Positions 29,073 through 39,768 are shown, numbered from the stretch's first letter. The stretch is 64,000 bases of DNA from an uncultured Prevotellaceae bacterium (GCA_900541935.1 UQLZ01000001.1:19019-83018), one strand, 5' to 3'. The notes: generated by a model from the sequence alone, not told the origin. Numbers and translations: made by a program.

Positions 29073-31763
29073 ATGATGAAAACTAATTTATTCCGATATA
29101 CAATACTCCTTTTATTAGTGATAGCGTCGTTGCCGGCTTCCGGCAATAAGCGAGAGCAGCGAGCAGCGTGGATGTCAGGCTTTGTCAGTGACTGGCCATC
29201 ATCTGCAATCACGACAGCAAATGCGGAAACGCACAAGCGTCAATGCCAAGAGCATCTTGATACGATGCAAAGGGCGAATTTTACAACAGTCTATTATCAC
29301 GTCCGCACAATGTGCGATGCTATGTATGACTCAAAATATGAGCCATGGTCGAGTTACGTTTCCGGAACCAGAGGAAAAGCACCGGCATTTGACCCGTTTG
29401 CTTATATCCTTGAGCAGGCGCATGCCCGCGGTTTGGAGGTTTATGCGTGGTTGAACCCGTACAGGTATATCAATTCCAGTTATTCCAGTGGATATGGAAA
29501 TGCCGGGGGAGACAAGAATTATGAGAACAGTCATCCAGAATGGCTTATAGAATGGAATAACGGAGGAACAACATGGACAATTCTAAATCCTGCTTTACCC
29601 GAGGTTAAGCAGAGAATTGTAGATGTTATCGCCGATATAATGAGCAAATACGATATCGATGGTGTCATTTTCGATGACTATTTCTATCAGAATGGTCTTC
29701 CAGAAAGTTATGATGCTGCCGATTACACAAAATATACAGAAGGCGGAGGCACGCTTTCACAAGCCGATTGGCGTAGAGAGAACGTTAACGATATGGTAAG
29801 AATGGTAAATGCCTATATCAAATCCACAAAGCCGTGGGTTCGTTTTGGTATTGGTCCAGCCGGCGTAGCGGGAAAACCAGAAGTTACAGCCAAGTACGGA
29901 TTGCCTGCTTGTCCAGGAAGTGACTGGCAGTATAATGGCATCAGTTCAGATCCTTTGGCATGGCTTGCGGAAGGCTCGATAGATTTTATCTCTCCACAGG
30001 TCTATTGGAATATAGGAAATGAAAATTCGGATTTTGCGAATATCACTCCATGGTGGTATATGGCTTGCAAGAAGTTTAACCGCCATTGCTATATTAGCCA
30101 AAGCCTTACAGGAAATTTCGGAAAGGCGGGCAGTCTTGATGAGTTTGTCAACCAAGTTGAGATGATACGAGCATCAAACGAGCAGGAGGCTTGCGGGTAT
30201 GTGTTCTTCCCGTGGAGGTTCTGCAAAAACTATACAAAGGAAATTAATGGAGTTAAGACAAATATTCCGACCTATTTTCGACGCAATGTCTATGCGCATA
30301 AGGCACTTTCTCCCGTTGTTACTTGGATGCCGTCAAAAGCATTTGGAAAAATAAGCAATTTGACCAGAAATGGAAGAAAGTTGACATGGACAGGAGAAGA
30401 TAATGTCAAGTATTCTATCTATGCTGTTCCAAAGAGCGTCAAGCAGTCTGAATTCCGCAAGGAGCAGGAGTATTTGATGGGAATCAGTTATGAAGCGTCA
30501 TACAGTATTCCAGAGACAAATCCGAAATACCCGGAGCAAGGCGTTTCAGATGCTGATTTGGACAAATATAATTACGCCGTTTGTGTTCTTGACCGCTATG
30601 GGAATGAGTATGCTGCGTTCTTTACAGATCCGGAAGCGGCAGATGCAAAGGCTCCGGTATTGACTTATCCTACAAATGGAGTTGAAACGCCGTCGTTCTT
30701 TAACTTTAAGTGGGAAGGCAATGGCCAGAATTATGAGTTGGTAGTTGCAGAGGATTCAGAATTGAAAAATATTGTATATAAAACAGAATTGTCAGACCAG
30801 TATAAGTTTTCGGCAGATGTCTATGGCTTTGAGGCAGGAAAAACATATTATTGGAGAGTCAGTTCAAGGGCAAACAATGTTGGAGAGTTGAAATCAGAAG
30901 TCCGTTCCTTTAAGGTAGATGAGTTTAGAGTAAAAACACCTATTGAAGGAAGTGATGCTGTTGCAGACAATCCAGAAATATCCTGGTCAGTTGTTGAAGG
31001 GGCAGATAAATACAAACTTGAAATATCCAATTCTAAATTATTTAAGAAAGTTACTGTTGTCAGAGAGGTAAAAGAGGCTAAGTGCCAAATTGAGCCTTAT
31101 CTCTTGTCAGGAAATACCACTTATTATGTTAGAGTAAGCACAGAATTCAATGGCAGGTCGTTTGTTACGAAAGAGTCAAGTTTTAGGACAGTATTGATAG
31201 AAGGAGTAAAGCCCGAAATTGTCAGACCTTTAGAAAATGGTCAGACATTGTACTCAAACAATACAGTAGGTGTAGCCCCACAGAGGGGAATCACTGTCTT
31301 GAAGATAATGATTAGTCCAAATGAAAAATTCTCCGCACGTTCATCTTACAACGGCACATTTACGCAGTTTGAGACTTCCACGCCAGAGTTGTCAACAATC
31401 AAGGTTGGTTCGTCTAAACTTGCAGATGGCAAGACTTACTATGTCCGTGCACAGGTTTCTTATATTGGAGCCGAGGGAGGAACAGTGACCAGTGAATGGT
31501 CAGATGTAAAGACTTTTGTTTACAGTTCAGAGCAGGGTGGCGTTTCTTCAATTACTGGAGCAGCACTCCATTATGCAGATGGCATTCTTATGACGGGAAT
31601 GCCGGGTGCTTCAGTGGCTGTTTACGGCATTTCGGGTGCATTGGCAGGAAGTTATACATCTGACAGAGCCGGCAATGCTGATTTGACAAGCCTGCCTTCA
31701 GGTGTCTATGTTGCCAAAGTTATAGATGGCATAAAAGTTGAGAATATTAAAATAGTAAAATAA
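29073..31763 (+). CDS. GHL10-family putative glycosidase with FN3-like repeats and T9SS C-terminal sorting domain
   Basis: Signal peptide. TIM-barrel-like GHL10 core (YYHVRTMCDAMYDSKYEPWSSYVSGTRG...DIDGVIFDDYFY...FISPQVYW), about four FN3/Ig-like repeats, and a C-terminal Por tail (..GVYVAKVIDGIKVENIKIVK). Confidence 0.75.
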   Translation: MMKTNLFRYTILLLLVIASLPASGNKREQRAAWMSGFVSDWPSSAITTANAETHKRQCQEHLDTMQRANFTTVYYHVRTMCDAMYDSKYEPWSSYVSGTRGKAPAFDPFAYILEQAHARGLEVYAWLNPYRYINSSYSSGYGNAGGDKNYENSHPEWLIEWNNGGTTWTILNPALPEVKQRIVDVIADIMSKYDIDGVIFDDYFYQNGLPESYDAADYTKYTEGGGTLSQADWRRENVNDMVRMVNAYIKSTKPWVRFGIGPAGVAGKPEVTAKYGLPACPGSDWQYNGISSDPLAWLAEGSIDFISPQVYWNIGNENSDFANITPWWYMACKKFNRHCYISQSLTGNFGKAGSLDEFVNQVEMIRASNEQEACGYVFFPWRFCKNYTKEINGVKTNIPTYFRRNVYAHKALSPVVTWMPSKAFGKISNLTRNGRKLTWTGEDNVKYSIYAVPKSVKQSEFRKEQEYLMGISYEASYSIPETNPKYPEQGVSDADLDKYNYAVCVLDRYGNEYAAFFTDPEAADAKAPVLTYPTNGVETPSFFNFKWEGNGQNYELVVAEDSELKNIVYKTELSDQYKFSADVYGFEAGKTYYWRVSSRANNVGELKSEVRSFKVDEFRVKTPIEGSDAVADNPEISWSVVEGADKYKLEISNSKLFKKVTVVREVKEAKCQIEPYLLSGNTTYYVRVSTEFNGRSFVTKESSFRTVLIEGVKPEIVRPLENGQTLYSNNTVGVAPQRGITVLKIMISPNEKFSARSSYNGTFTQFETSTPELSTIKVGSSKLADGKTYYVRAQVSYIGAEGGTVTSEWSDVKTFVYSSEQGGVSSITGAALHYADGILMTGMPGASVAVYGISGALAGSYTSDRAGNADLTSLPSGVYVAKVIDGIKVENIKIVK

Positions 31764-31779
31764 TAAAACCATTAGAAAA

Positions 31780-34464
31780 ATGAAGAAAATTTGTCTATTC
31801 TTAATGACAGCCGTTCTCTTCCTTGCCAATTCGTTGGAAACATCGGCGGTTAAGAGAGAGCAGCGGGCAACGTGGATGTCAGCATTTACGCAGTGCTGGC
31901 CAACAAGTCCTATTACGGCATCAACAGCGAATACACATAAGCGTATTTGTATCAACAACCTTGACTCATTGCAGAAGAATAACATGACAACAATTTATTA
32001 TCATGTTAGGACAATGTGTGACGCAATGTATGATTCAAAGTATGAACCTTGGTCAAGTTATGTTTCAGGCACTCGTGGTGAAGCCCCAATTTTTGACCCG
32101 TTTGCATATCTTATCGAGAATGCTCATGCCCGTGGTATTGAGGTATATGCATGGTTGAACCCGTATCGTTATCTTAATAGCATCTATGCTGATAACTATG
32201 GCTCTGAGGGAGGTGACAAAAACTATGAAAACAGTCATCCGGATTGGTTGATAGAATGGAAAAACGGCGACAGAATGTGGACAATTCTTAATCCGGCATT
32301 GCCAGAGGTTAAGCAGCGCATAGTTGACGTTGTAGCAGATATTATGTCAAAATATGATATTGACGGTATTGTTTTTGATGACTATTTCTATCAGAAAGGT
32401 TTGCCATTGAGTTATGATGCTGCAGATTACGAAAAGTACAAGGCTGCAGGCGGAACCTTGTCACAAGGCGATTGGCGACGTGAAAACGTTAACGATATGG
32501 TCCGCAAGGTTAATGCCTACATCAAGTCAACAAAGCCATGGGTTCGCTTTGGTATCGGTCCTGCCGGCGTTGCTTGCGGTACTAACTTGAAAGCCGTTGC
32601 CGACAAGTATGGAATCGAGCCGTGTCCTGGTAGCGACTGGCAGTATAATGAAATTTATTCCGACCCTATCGCATGGTATAAAGAAGGTTCTATCGACTTT
32701 ATGTCACCGCAGGTTTATTGGGTTATTAACGGAACTAACGACTATAGAGCAGTCTCTACATGGTGGTATAAGGTAGCGGCAAAATTCAACCGTCACTGCT
32801 ATGTTAGTCAGGATTTGTCAAATTCTGCAAGTGGAGTAGCATCATTCAGCGAATTCCTCAATGAGATTGATGTTACTCGTACAGCCGATGAGATGGATGC
32901 TCCTGGAACGGTTTATTTCCCATGGAAGAGCCTCAAGGCAAGAACGCAGAGAGTAAATCGCAAAAATCAGTTCTTGTTGAATTATTTGCGATATAATGCT
33001 TTTCAATATAAAGCCTTAACTCCAGCCGCAACATGGATTAATACAGAGTGCCCTGGACAAGTATCTTCAGTTAAGCGTAATGGCAGAAGTCTTACTTGGA
33101 ATGGACCGTCAAATGTCAAATACACAATCTATGCAGTGCCAAAGGATATTGCATTTGCAAACTTCCACAAGGAAGAAGAGTACTTGAGGGCAATATCATA
33201 TACATCGTCATGGGAAATACCGGCATACGACAGCAATTATGCTAATTTCGGCATATCAGATGAAGATTTGGATAAGTATAACTACGCAGTCTGTGTGCTT
33301 GACCGTTATGGCAAAGAGTATAGTGCTGTTTTTGAAGGGGCAACAGTCGTTCCCTCAGAGAAGCCTGTAATAACATATCCAGCCAATGGAAACAAGGCGG
33401 CGGCCGTCTTTGATTTTAAGTGGACAGGCAAGGCTTCAACATTTGAAATTGCGATAGCGACAGATGCCGCAATGAAAAATATTCTGGTTAAGAGAGAAGT
33501 AAGCGGCAATTATGTAAAGTCGTCAGATGTTTATGATTTTGAGGCAGAAAAGACTTACTACTGCACAATTACAGCAAGAGACAATAATGCAACTGAGACA
33601 CGTTCTGACGTAGTTTCATTTACAGTAGATGTATTGCGTATCACTTCACCATTAAATGAAGCAACAGGCTGTGAAGATAATCTTACAATTTCATGGTCAA
33701 CAGCAACACCTGGAGCCGTTCTACGCATTGCTTCAGATTCTTCAATGGAAACTGTTGTCTATGAGGCAAAGACGGATAAGGATTCTCATAAGATACCTGA
33801 ATTTACATTGTGTGGCAATTTAACATATTATGCCCAGGTAGTTGCAGGAGAGATGGCAACGAAAGTTGTTAGTTTCACTGTTAAGAATATGGTTCCTTCA
33901 GTTCCTGTATTTACAAATCCAACAGTCAACGGTCAGACAATTTATTCAAATCATCGCATTTGCTTGGAGCCGGAACGTGGAATCTATTTGACAAGAATAG
34001 AGGTTTGTGCAACTCAGTCTTTTGGAACTCGTTCTTCCTATATATTCAACGGCAAGGACTTTACATTCATGACACCAAATTTATCAGAGGTAAGGGTTGG
34101 TCCGTCAACAAGTTCTCCACTTCTTACTGACGGAAAGACATATTATGTTCGTGCCAAGTACACTTATTATAACGAAGCAGGCAAGTCAGCAGATACCGAG
34201 TATTCACCTGTAATGTCATTTGTTTATAATAAGGACGCGGGCATCCAGTCACTTGAAGTTGCCGATGTTATAATTACAAATGATGTATTGCAGACAGAGG
34301 AAGCCGATGCTTCAGTAAATGTATTTACGCTTGACGGCAAACTTGTAATGACAACAGTTACAGATTCAAATGGCGACGCATCGCTTGAAGAACTGGAAAG
34401 CGGTTCATATATTGTAACAGTAGTTGTTGGAGGTAAGAAGCATTCTTTGAAGTATATCAAGTAA
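31780..34464 (+). CDS. GHL10-family putative glycosidase with FN3-like repeats and T9SS C-terminal sorting domain (tandem paralog)
   Basis: Roughly 70% aa identity to the preceding gene across the catalytic core. Same domain order. C-terminal Por tail (..GSYIVTVVVGGKKHSLKYIK). Confidence 0.75.
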   Translation: MKKICLFLMTAVLFLANSLETSAVKREQRATWMSAFTQCWPTSPITASTANTHKRICINNLDSLQKNNMTTIYYHVRTMCDAMYDSKYEPWSSYVSGTRGEAPIFDPFAYLIENAHARGIEVYAWLNPYRYLNSIYADNYGSEGGDKNYENSHPDWLIEWKNGDRMWTILNPALPEVKQRIVDVVADIMSKYDIDGIVFDDYFYQKGLPLSYDAADYEKYKAAGGTLSQGDWRRENVNDMVRKVNAYIKSTKPWVRFGIGPAGVACGTNLKAVADKYGIEPCPGSDWQYNEIYSDPIAWYKEGSIDFMSPQVYWVINGTNDYRAVSTWWYKVAAKFNRHCYVSQDLSNSASGVASFSEFLNEIDVTRTADEMDAPGTVYFPWKSLKARTQRVNRKNQFLLNYLRYNAFQYKALTPAATWINTECPGQVSSVKRNGRSLTWNGPSNVKYTIYAVPKDIAFANFHKEEEYLRAISYTSSWEIPAYDSNYANFGISDEDLDKYNYAVCVLDRYGKEYSAVFEGATVVPSEKPVITYPANGNKAAAVFDFKWTGKASTFEIAIATDAAMKNILVKREVSGNYVKSSDVYDFEAEKTYYCTITARDNNATETRSDVVSFTVDVLRITSPLNEATGCEDNLTISWSTATPGAVLRIASDSSMETVVYEAKTDKDSHKIPEFTLCGNLTYYAQVVAGEMATKVVSFTVKNMVPSVPVFTNPTVNGQTIYSNHRICLEPERGIYLTRIEVCATQSFGTRSSYIFNGKDFTFMTPNLSEVRVGPSTSSPLLTDGKTYYVRAKYTYYNEAGKSADTEYSPVMSFVYNKDAGIQSLEVADVIITNDVLQTEEADASVNVFTLDGKLVMTTVTDSNGDASLEELESGSYIVTVVVGGKKHSLKYIK

Positions 34465-34486
34465 TAAGAATATCATATCATTAGCT

Positions 34487-34532
34487 GCGCCAGTCTCTAC
34501 GGATAACCGTATAAGGCTGGCGTACTTTTTTT
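34487..34532 (+). terminator. rho-independent terminator after the GHL10 tandem
   Basis: GCGCCAG...CTGGCG stem followed by TACTTTTTTT. Confidence 0.55.
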
Positions 34533-34614
34533 GAGGGTTTTAAGTTAAAAAGGGTTTTTCTCTGTCAGAATAGAGATTAAATAACTATCTTCGCATTTTG
34601 AAGAGAATTAAAGG

Positions 34615-36108
34615 ATGGCAAAGAATACAACATCGTTGGTACAGGAGCAAAAACAGGTACTGCGGCAGTCGCCACAGCAGATAATGCTTGGGAAACTGCT
34701 GGAGATGAATGGTATTGAACTTGAGGAAAAAGTCCGTAACGAACTTGAAGTTAATCCAGCCTTGAAATCTTCAGAAGAAACAGAAGGCGATTATTCCGGA
34801 AATGAAAGTTCAGCAGGCGCGGAATATGAAGACGGCGAAGGACTTGAGCAACCGTACAAGCAGGAAACAGCAGAAGAGATGCAAAAGAATGATTATCGTT
34901 CAGAAGACGATATTCCTTCTTATCGCCTTGAGGCAAAGAATTATAGCGTAAATGATGAGTTCTATATTCCAGAAGCGGTAGAGGAAAGCACTTTGTCAGA
35001 TTATCTCTTAGAGCAGATGTCAGAGCGTGAACTAACCGAAAAGCAGAAGGCTATTGCTGATTACCTTATAGGGAGTATCGATTCCAACGGCTATATGCTT
35101 CGCAGCCTTCAGGATATATCCGATGACCTGATTTTGTCAGAAAATATAGATGCATCAGTATCTGAGATAGATGATGTTTTCCAGATTATACGCAGTTTTG
35201 ATCCGGCAGGTGTTGGGGCGGTAAATCTCCGTGACTGCCTTCTTTTGCAACTTGAGCGGCTGAAGGGGACCTTGAAAAATCGTCGTGCATACGAGATTAT
35301 CGACAAATATTTTGATGCGTTTTCAAAAAAGCATTATGATAAGATAATAGAGTCGATGCAACTAAGCCGAGATGAGTTTGAAGAAGCCTATGAAGCAATC
35401 CTGCCACTCAACCCCAAGCCGGGAAATGAATATTCAGGAGGGGCAAGTGACAACTCGCAGCATATTAATCCCGATTTCAGGGTTGAGGTGCAAGACGACC
35501 GTAGCATAACACTGACACTGCTAAACAGAGTTCCAGATTTGCAGATAGAGGAATGCTTTGAAGCCGAATACGGAAAGTTGCAGGAGCAGAAGTATCTTAG
35601 CCGGAAGGAAAGGGAGCAGAACCGTTTTATAATAGATAAATATGAGTCGGCAGAGGCATTTATCAATGCCCTGAAGCAGAGGCAGAAAACGCTTTACAGT
35701 ATTGGTATGGCTATAGTAAAGTGGCAGTCAGATTTTTTCTTTACGGAAGATGAAATGGATTTGCGTCCGATGGCATTGCGTGATATTTCAGAAATAACAG
35801 GCTTTGACCAGTCTGTAATATCTCGTGCAACGGCAAAGAAATATCTTGAGACAGAGACACTCATCTATCCGTTGAAGACATTTTTTGTAAGCAAGATAAC
35901 CAATGAAAGCGGAGAGGATATTTCTTCTCGTGAAGTACAGGCTATATTGCGAGAGATTATTAATAACGAAAACAAAGACAAACCATATTCAGACGAGCAG
36001 TTGGTTCATCTGCTGAAGGCACAGGGTTACGATATAGCCCGTCGGACAGTAGCAAAGTACCGTGACAAGATGCAGATACCAGTAGCCCGACTACGCAAAG
36101 AATTGTAA
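34615..36108 (+). CDS. rpoN: RNA polymerase sigma-54 factor
   Basis: N-terminal Gln/Leu-rich activator-interacting region, acidic region, and C-terminal RpoN box ARRTVAKYR. Confidence 0.9.
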   Translation: MAKNTTSLVQEQKQVLRQSPQQIMLGKLLEMNGIELEEKVRNELEVNPALKSSEETEGDYSGNESSAGAEYEDGEGLEQPYKQETAEEMQKNDYRSEDDIPSYRLEAKNYSVNDEFYIPEAVEESTLSDYLLEQMSERELTEKQKAIADYLIGSIDSNGYMLRSLQDISDDLILSENIDASVSEIDDVFQIIRSFDPAGVGAVNLRDCLLLQLERLKGTLKNRRAYEIIDKYFDAFSKKHYDKIIESMQLSRDEFEEAYEAILPLNPKPGNEYSGGASDNSQHINPDFRVEVQDDRSITLTLLNRVPDLQIEECFEAEYGKLQEQKYLSRKEREQNRFIIDKYESAEAFINALKQRQKTLYSIGMAIVKWQSDFFFTEDEMDLRPMALRDISEITGFDQSVISRATAKKYLETETLIYPLKTFFVSKITNESGEDISSREVQAILREIINNENKDKPYSDEQLVHLLKAQGYDIARRTVAKYRDKMQIPVARLRKEL

Positions 36109-36111
36109 GAT

Positions 36112-36759
36112 ATGAATACAAATGAAGTAATAATAAGTTTTGAGCAGAAAGCAATGCGGGTTATCCACTATGTATCCGTGTTTTTCTCAACTTTGTTGAC
36201 GCCTTTAATGATGCCCACTTATGGTATTATAGTGTCGTTGTGGATGTCGAGTCTGCTTGTGTTGACCTTGCCGACAAAGATGACCGTTCTTGGAGTTGTT
36301 TTTCTAATAACTGGTGTGGTTCCGGTCCTTTCGTTTATACTTTTGAAATATCTTAAAATAATAGATGATATCCATTTAAATGGTCGCAAAGAGCGATTGT
36401 TGCCCTATGTTATAATGATAGTCTGCTATGTTTCAACAGCCATCTATCTCTTTATGATAAATGCTCCCGAATGGATGTGGATGTTTATGTTTGGAGGCGG
36501 TTGTGCTGCACTTGTTTCTCTGATAATCAATTTTAAATGGAAAATCAGCGCACACATGGCAGGAATCGGAGGGCTTATCGGACTTTTATGCCGCATTAAT
36601 GCCGGTGGAGACGGGGCATTTGACCTGTTGCCGGTTATTTGTGCAACTATTTTCATAGCAGGCATCTTGGGGACCTCCCGCGTGGCTATGGAGCGTCACA
36701 CCGTAATGCAAGTCCTTGCAGGTACGGTAAATGGATTTGTTTGGGTATATTTCTTATAA
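36112..36759 (+). CDS. PAP2-superfamily membrane phosphatase-like protein
   Basis: Six TM segments. Degenerate PAP2 motifs (RKERLLP, SAH, SRVAMERH). Confidence 0.45.
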   Translation: MNTNEVIISFEQKAMRVIHYVSVFFSTLLTPLMMPTYGIIVSLWMSSLLVLTLPTKMTVLGVVFLITGVVPVLSFILLKYLKIIDDIHLNGRKERLLPYVIMIVCYVSTAIYLFMINAPEWMWMFMFGGGCAALVSLIINFKWKISAHMAGIGGLIGLLCRINAGGDGAFDLLPVICATIFIAGILGTSRVAMERHTVMQVLAGTVNGFVWVYFL

Positions 36760-36771
36760 AAGCAATACAAT

Positions 36772-37275
36772 ATGAAACCGTTGGTAAGTATAATCATGGG
36801 TAGCACCTCCGATTTGCCAATTATGGAAAAGGCAGCGAAGTTGCTTGATGAGTTTGAAATTCCTTTTGAGATGAATGCGTTGTCTGCACACCGCACACCT
36901 GTTGAAGTGACAGAATTTGCGGTAAATGCAAAGGCACGCGGCTTGAAGGTTATTATAGCGGCTGCTGGTATGGCTGCTCATTTGCCTGGCGTTATCGCGG
37001 CGCAAACAACAGTTCCAGTTATCGGTGTTCCAATCAAGTCAACATTTGACGGTATGGACGCATTGCTTGCAATCGTTCAGATGCCTCCGGGTATTCCAGT
37101 GGCAACAGTTGGCGTTAATGCCGGTATGAATGCGGCAATTCTTGCCGTTCAGATGCTTGCCGTTTCGGATGAGGCTATTGCAGAAAAATTGGCACAGTAT
37201 AAGGCTGATTTGGCTAAGAAGATAACAAAAGCAAACGAAGAATTAGCAAGAATAAGTTATAAATACAAAGTGTAA
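36772..37275 (+). CDS. purE: N5-carboxyaminoimidazole ribonucleotide mutase
   Basis: SIIMGSTSDLPIMEKA..SAHRTP..VIIAAAGMAAHLPGV signature. Confidence 0.9.
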   Translation: MKPLVSIIMGSTSDLPIMEKAAKLLDEFEIPFEMNALSAHRTPVEVTEFAVNAKARGLKVIIAAAGMAAHLPGVIAAQTTVPVIGVPIKSTFDGMDALLAIVQMPPGIPVATVGVNAGMNAAILAVQMLAVSDEAIAEKLAQYKADLAKKITKANEELARISYKYKV

Positions 37276-38975
37276 TGACATCGATTTTCAATTATCGTCG
37301 CCGTCGTTCGTCGGAGGTTGAAATCGGTAACGTTCCACTTGGAGGCGGCAACCCAATTCGCATACAGTCAATGACTTCCACATCAACAGATGATGTTGAG
37401 GGTAGTGTGGCCCAGAGCAAGCGAATTTTTGATGCTGGGGCAGACTATGTCCGCTTGACGGCGCAAGGCGTTAAGGAAGCCGAGGCAATAGGCAGAATCC
37501 GTGAAGAACTGCATTCGGCGGGTTATTGTAAACCGCTTGTTGCAGATATTCACTTTAATCCTCGTGCGGCATTTGCTGCTGCGGAGGTGACAGATAAGGT
37601 GCGTATCAATCCGGGTAACTTTGTTGATGCGGCAAGGACGTTCAAGAAATTGGAGTTTACCGATGAGGAGTATCAGAAGGAAATAGAGCGAATCAGAGAG
37701 AAATTTATCCCGTTCCTTGAAATATGTAAAGAGCATAAAACGGCTATCCGTCTTGGCGTTAACCACGGTTCTCTATCCGACAGGATTATGAGCCGCTATG
37801 GCGACACTCCTTCTGGTATGGTCGAGTCTGTAATGGAGTTTCTGCGAATATGCCGTGAGGTTGATTTCAAAAATGTTGTTATCTCAATCAAGGCATCGAA
37901 TACGGTAGTAATGGTGGAAACCGTTCGCCTGCTTGTTTCAACGATGGATTCGGAATGTATGTCATATCCTTTGCATCTTGGCGTTACAGAAGCCGGAGAT
38001 GGCGAGGACGGACGTATTAAGTCGGCTGTTGGCATCGGGGCGTTGCTCTCGGAAGGTCTTGGAGATACTATCCGAGTATCGCTCAGCGAGGAGCCGGAAT
38101 TGGAAATCCCTGTTGCAAAGAAACTTGTTGACTATATTGCTTGCCGCGAGGATCATACTGAAATAAAAGGAGATTGCTATCCTGGTTACAATCACATTTG
38201 CCCGGAGCGCCGTCCTACTGATGCAGTTGGTATTATAGGCGGTACAAACCATCCGATTGTTGTATCCTCAATTTCTGCTGAAGAGGTTGCTGAAGAGGAG
38301 TTTACTCCTGATTTCCATTGCGGGGATTCAGTTTTTGTTGAGGCAAATGCTTCCGAATGCGCTGCAGAAGTTGCTTCAAGGGCAGAAGGAAAGGTGATTC
38401 TATTGCGTTCTCACCATGTGAATGCAGTAGGCGAGATTCAGGCGTTTATCCACGCATTGACAGCAATAGGAAACCGCACGCCGATTGTCGTTGCGATGAG
38501 TTATGATGATACCGACGAGGAAGACTTGCAAATCAAGTCAGGAGCTGATTTTGGAGTACTCCTTCTTAACCGCTTAATCGACGGTATTATGATAGATTCT
38601 CCTAAAGTTGCAGTGCCGTCAATATCCGTACGTTATTCATTTGCGATATTGCAAGCCGTCCGCCAACGCATAAGCAAGACCGAGTTTATCTCTTGCCCGA
38701 GTTGTGGGCGTACCCTTTTCAATTTGCAAGAAACCGTCAAGACTATCAAGGCGGCAACCTCTCACCTTAAAGGATTGAAAATCGGTATCATGGGTTGCAT
38801 TGTTAATGGTCCTGGAGAAATGGCAGACGCTGATTATGGCTATGTCGGAGCAGCTGCAGGAAAGGTGAGCCTATACAGAAATAAAGAATGTATAGAGCGT
38901 AATATTCCTCAGGAGCAGGCGCTTGAGCGACTTATACAGATTATCAAGGAAAACGGTGACTGGATTGAAAAATGA
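37275..38975 (+). CDS. ispG: 4-hydroxy-3-methylbut-2-en-1-yl diphosphate synthase (IspG/GcpE, long form)
   Basis: GcpE TIM-barrel N-domain. C-terminal CPSCGRT...GC..NGPGE 4Fe-4S motif with the large inserted domain typical of Bacteroidetes. TAATG overlap with purE. Confidence 0.9.
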   Translation: MTSIFNYRRRRSSEVEIGNVPLGGGNPIRIQSMTSTSTDDVEGSVAQSKRIFDAGADYVRLTAQGVKEAEAIGRIREELHSAGYCKPLVADIHFNPRAAFAAAEVTDKVRINPGNFVDAARTFKKLEFTDEEYQKEIERIREKFIPFLEICKEHKTAIRLGVNHGSLSDRIMSRYGDTPSGMVESVMEFLRICREVDFKNVVISIKASNTVVMVETVRLLVSTMDSECMSYPLHLGVTEAGDGEDGRIKSAVGIGALLSEGLGDTIRVSLSEEPELEIPVAKKLVDYIACREDHTEIKGDCYPGYNHICPERRPTDAVGIIGGTNHPIVVSSISAEEVAEEEFTPDFHCGDSVFVEANASECAAEVASRAEGKVILLRSHHVNAVGEIQAFIHALTAIGNRTPIVVAMSYDDTDEEDLQIKSGADFGVLLLNRLIDGIMIDSPKVAVPSISVRYSFAILQAVRQRISKTEFISCPSCGRTLFNLQETVKTIKAATSHLKGLKIGIMGCIVNGPGEMADADYGYVGAAAGKVSLYRNKECIERNIPQEQALERLIQIIKENGDWIEK

Positions 38976-39760
38976 AAACGCCAGTTGAAGTAATAGAGGC
39001 CGCTTCGAATGCTGGAGCATCGAAGGCTGCCCTTTCTGATAAAGGTGGCGGACGCTTTTGGCTGCTGGCTGTCCTGGCTGGAATCTATGTTGCAATGGGA
39101 GGTACGCTTTCTGTTATCTTGGGATATGGTTTCCCGGAGATAACTGCTTCCAATCCTTCGCTCCAAAGACTGCTTAGCGGAGCTGCTTTCCCTTTGGGTC
39201 TGATACTTGTCGTTATCCTCGGGGCAGAACTGTTTACGGGTAATAATGCCGTATTGATGCCTTCTGTGCTTTCTGGGAGAATCTCTGCCTTTTCAGTGCT
39301 GAAAAACTGGGTGCTGGTTTATTTTGGCAACTTTCTCGGAGCACTGTTTTTTACGACGGTATTTGTATATTTTAGTGGCTTAACGTCATCCGAACCATAT
39401 CACGGAGCCGTTCAGCGCATAGCAGAGGCTAAAGTGTCGATGCCGTGGGGAGTCGTGTTCATAAAGGGAATAGCGGCAAACTGGTTTGTCTGCCTTGCAG
39501 TGTGGCTTGCCACAACGGCAACAACTATGCCAGGCAAGATGATAGGCTGCTGGTTTCCCGTGATGACCTTTGTCGCTCTCGGTTATGAGCACTCCATTGC
39601 GAATATGTTCTTTATTCCAATAGGAATAATGGAGGGGGCAAGAGTGACTATTCACCAGTTCCTAATCGACAATCTCGTTCCTGCAACGATAGGCAATATC
39701 GTGGGCGGTGCGCTCTTTGTCGGAACAGTTTATTGGTATATAAACAAAAAAACTAAATAA
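38972..39760 (+). CDS. formate/nitrite transporter (FNT) family protein
   Basis: 262 aa, six-TM, FNT signatures (LFTGNNAVLMP.., GYEHSIANMFFIP). Confidence 0.8.
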   Translation: MKTPVEVIEAASNAGASKAALSDKGGGRFWLLAVLAGIYVAMGGTLSVILGYGFPEITASNPSLQRLLSGAAFPLGLILVVILGAELFTGNNAVLMPSVLSGRISAFSVLKNWVLVYFGNFLGALFFTTVFVYFSGLTSSEPYHGAVQRIAEAKVSMPWGVVFIKGIAANWFVCLAVWLATTATTMPGKMIGCWFPVMTFVALGYEHSIANMFFIPIGIMEGARVTIHQFLIDNLVPATIGNIVGGALFVGTVYWYINKKTK

Positions 39761-39768
39761 AACCAACT

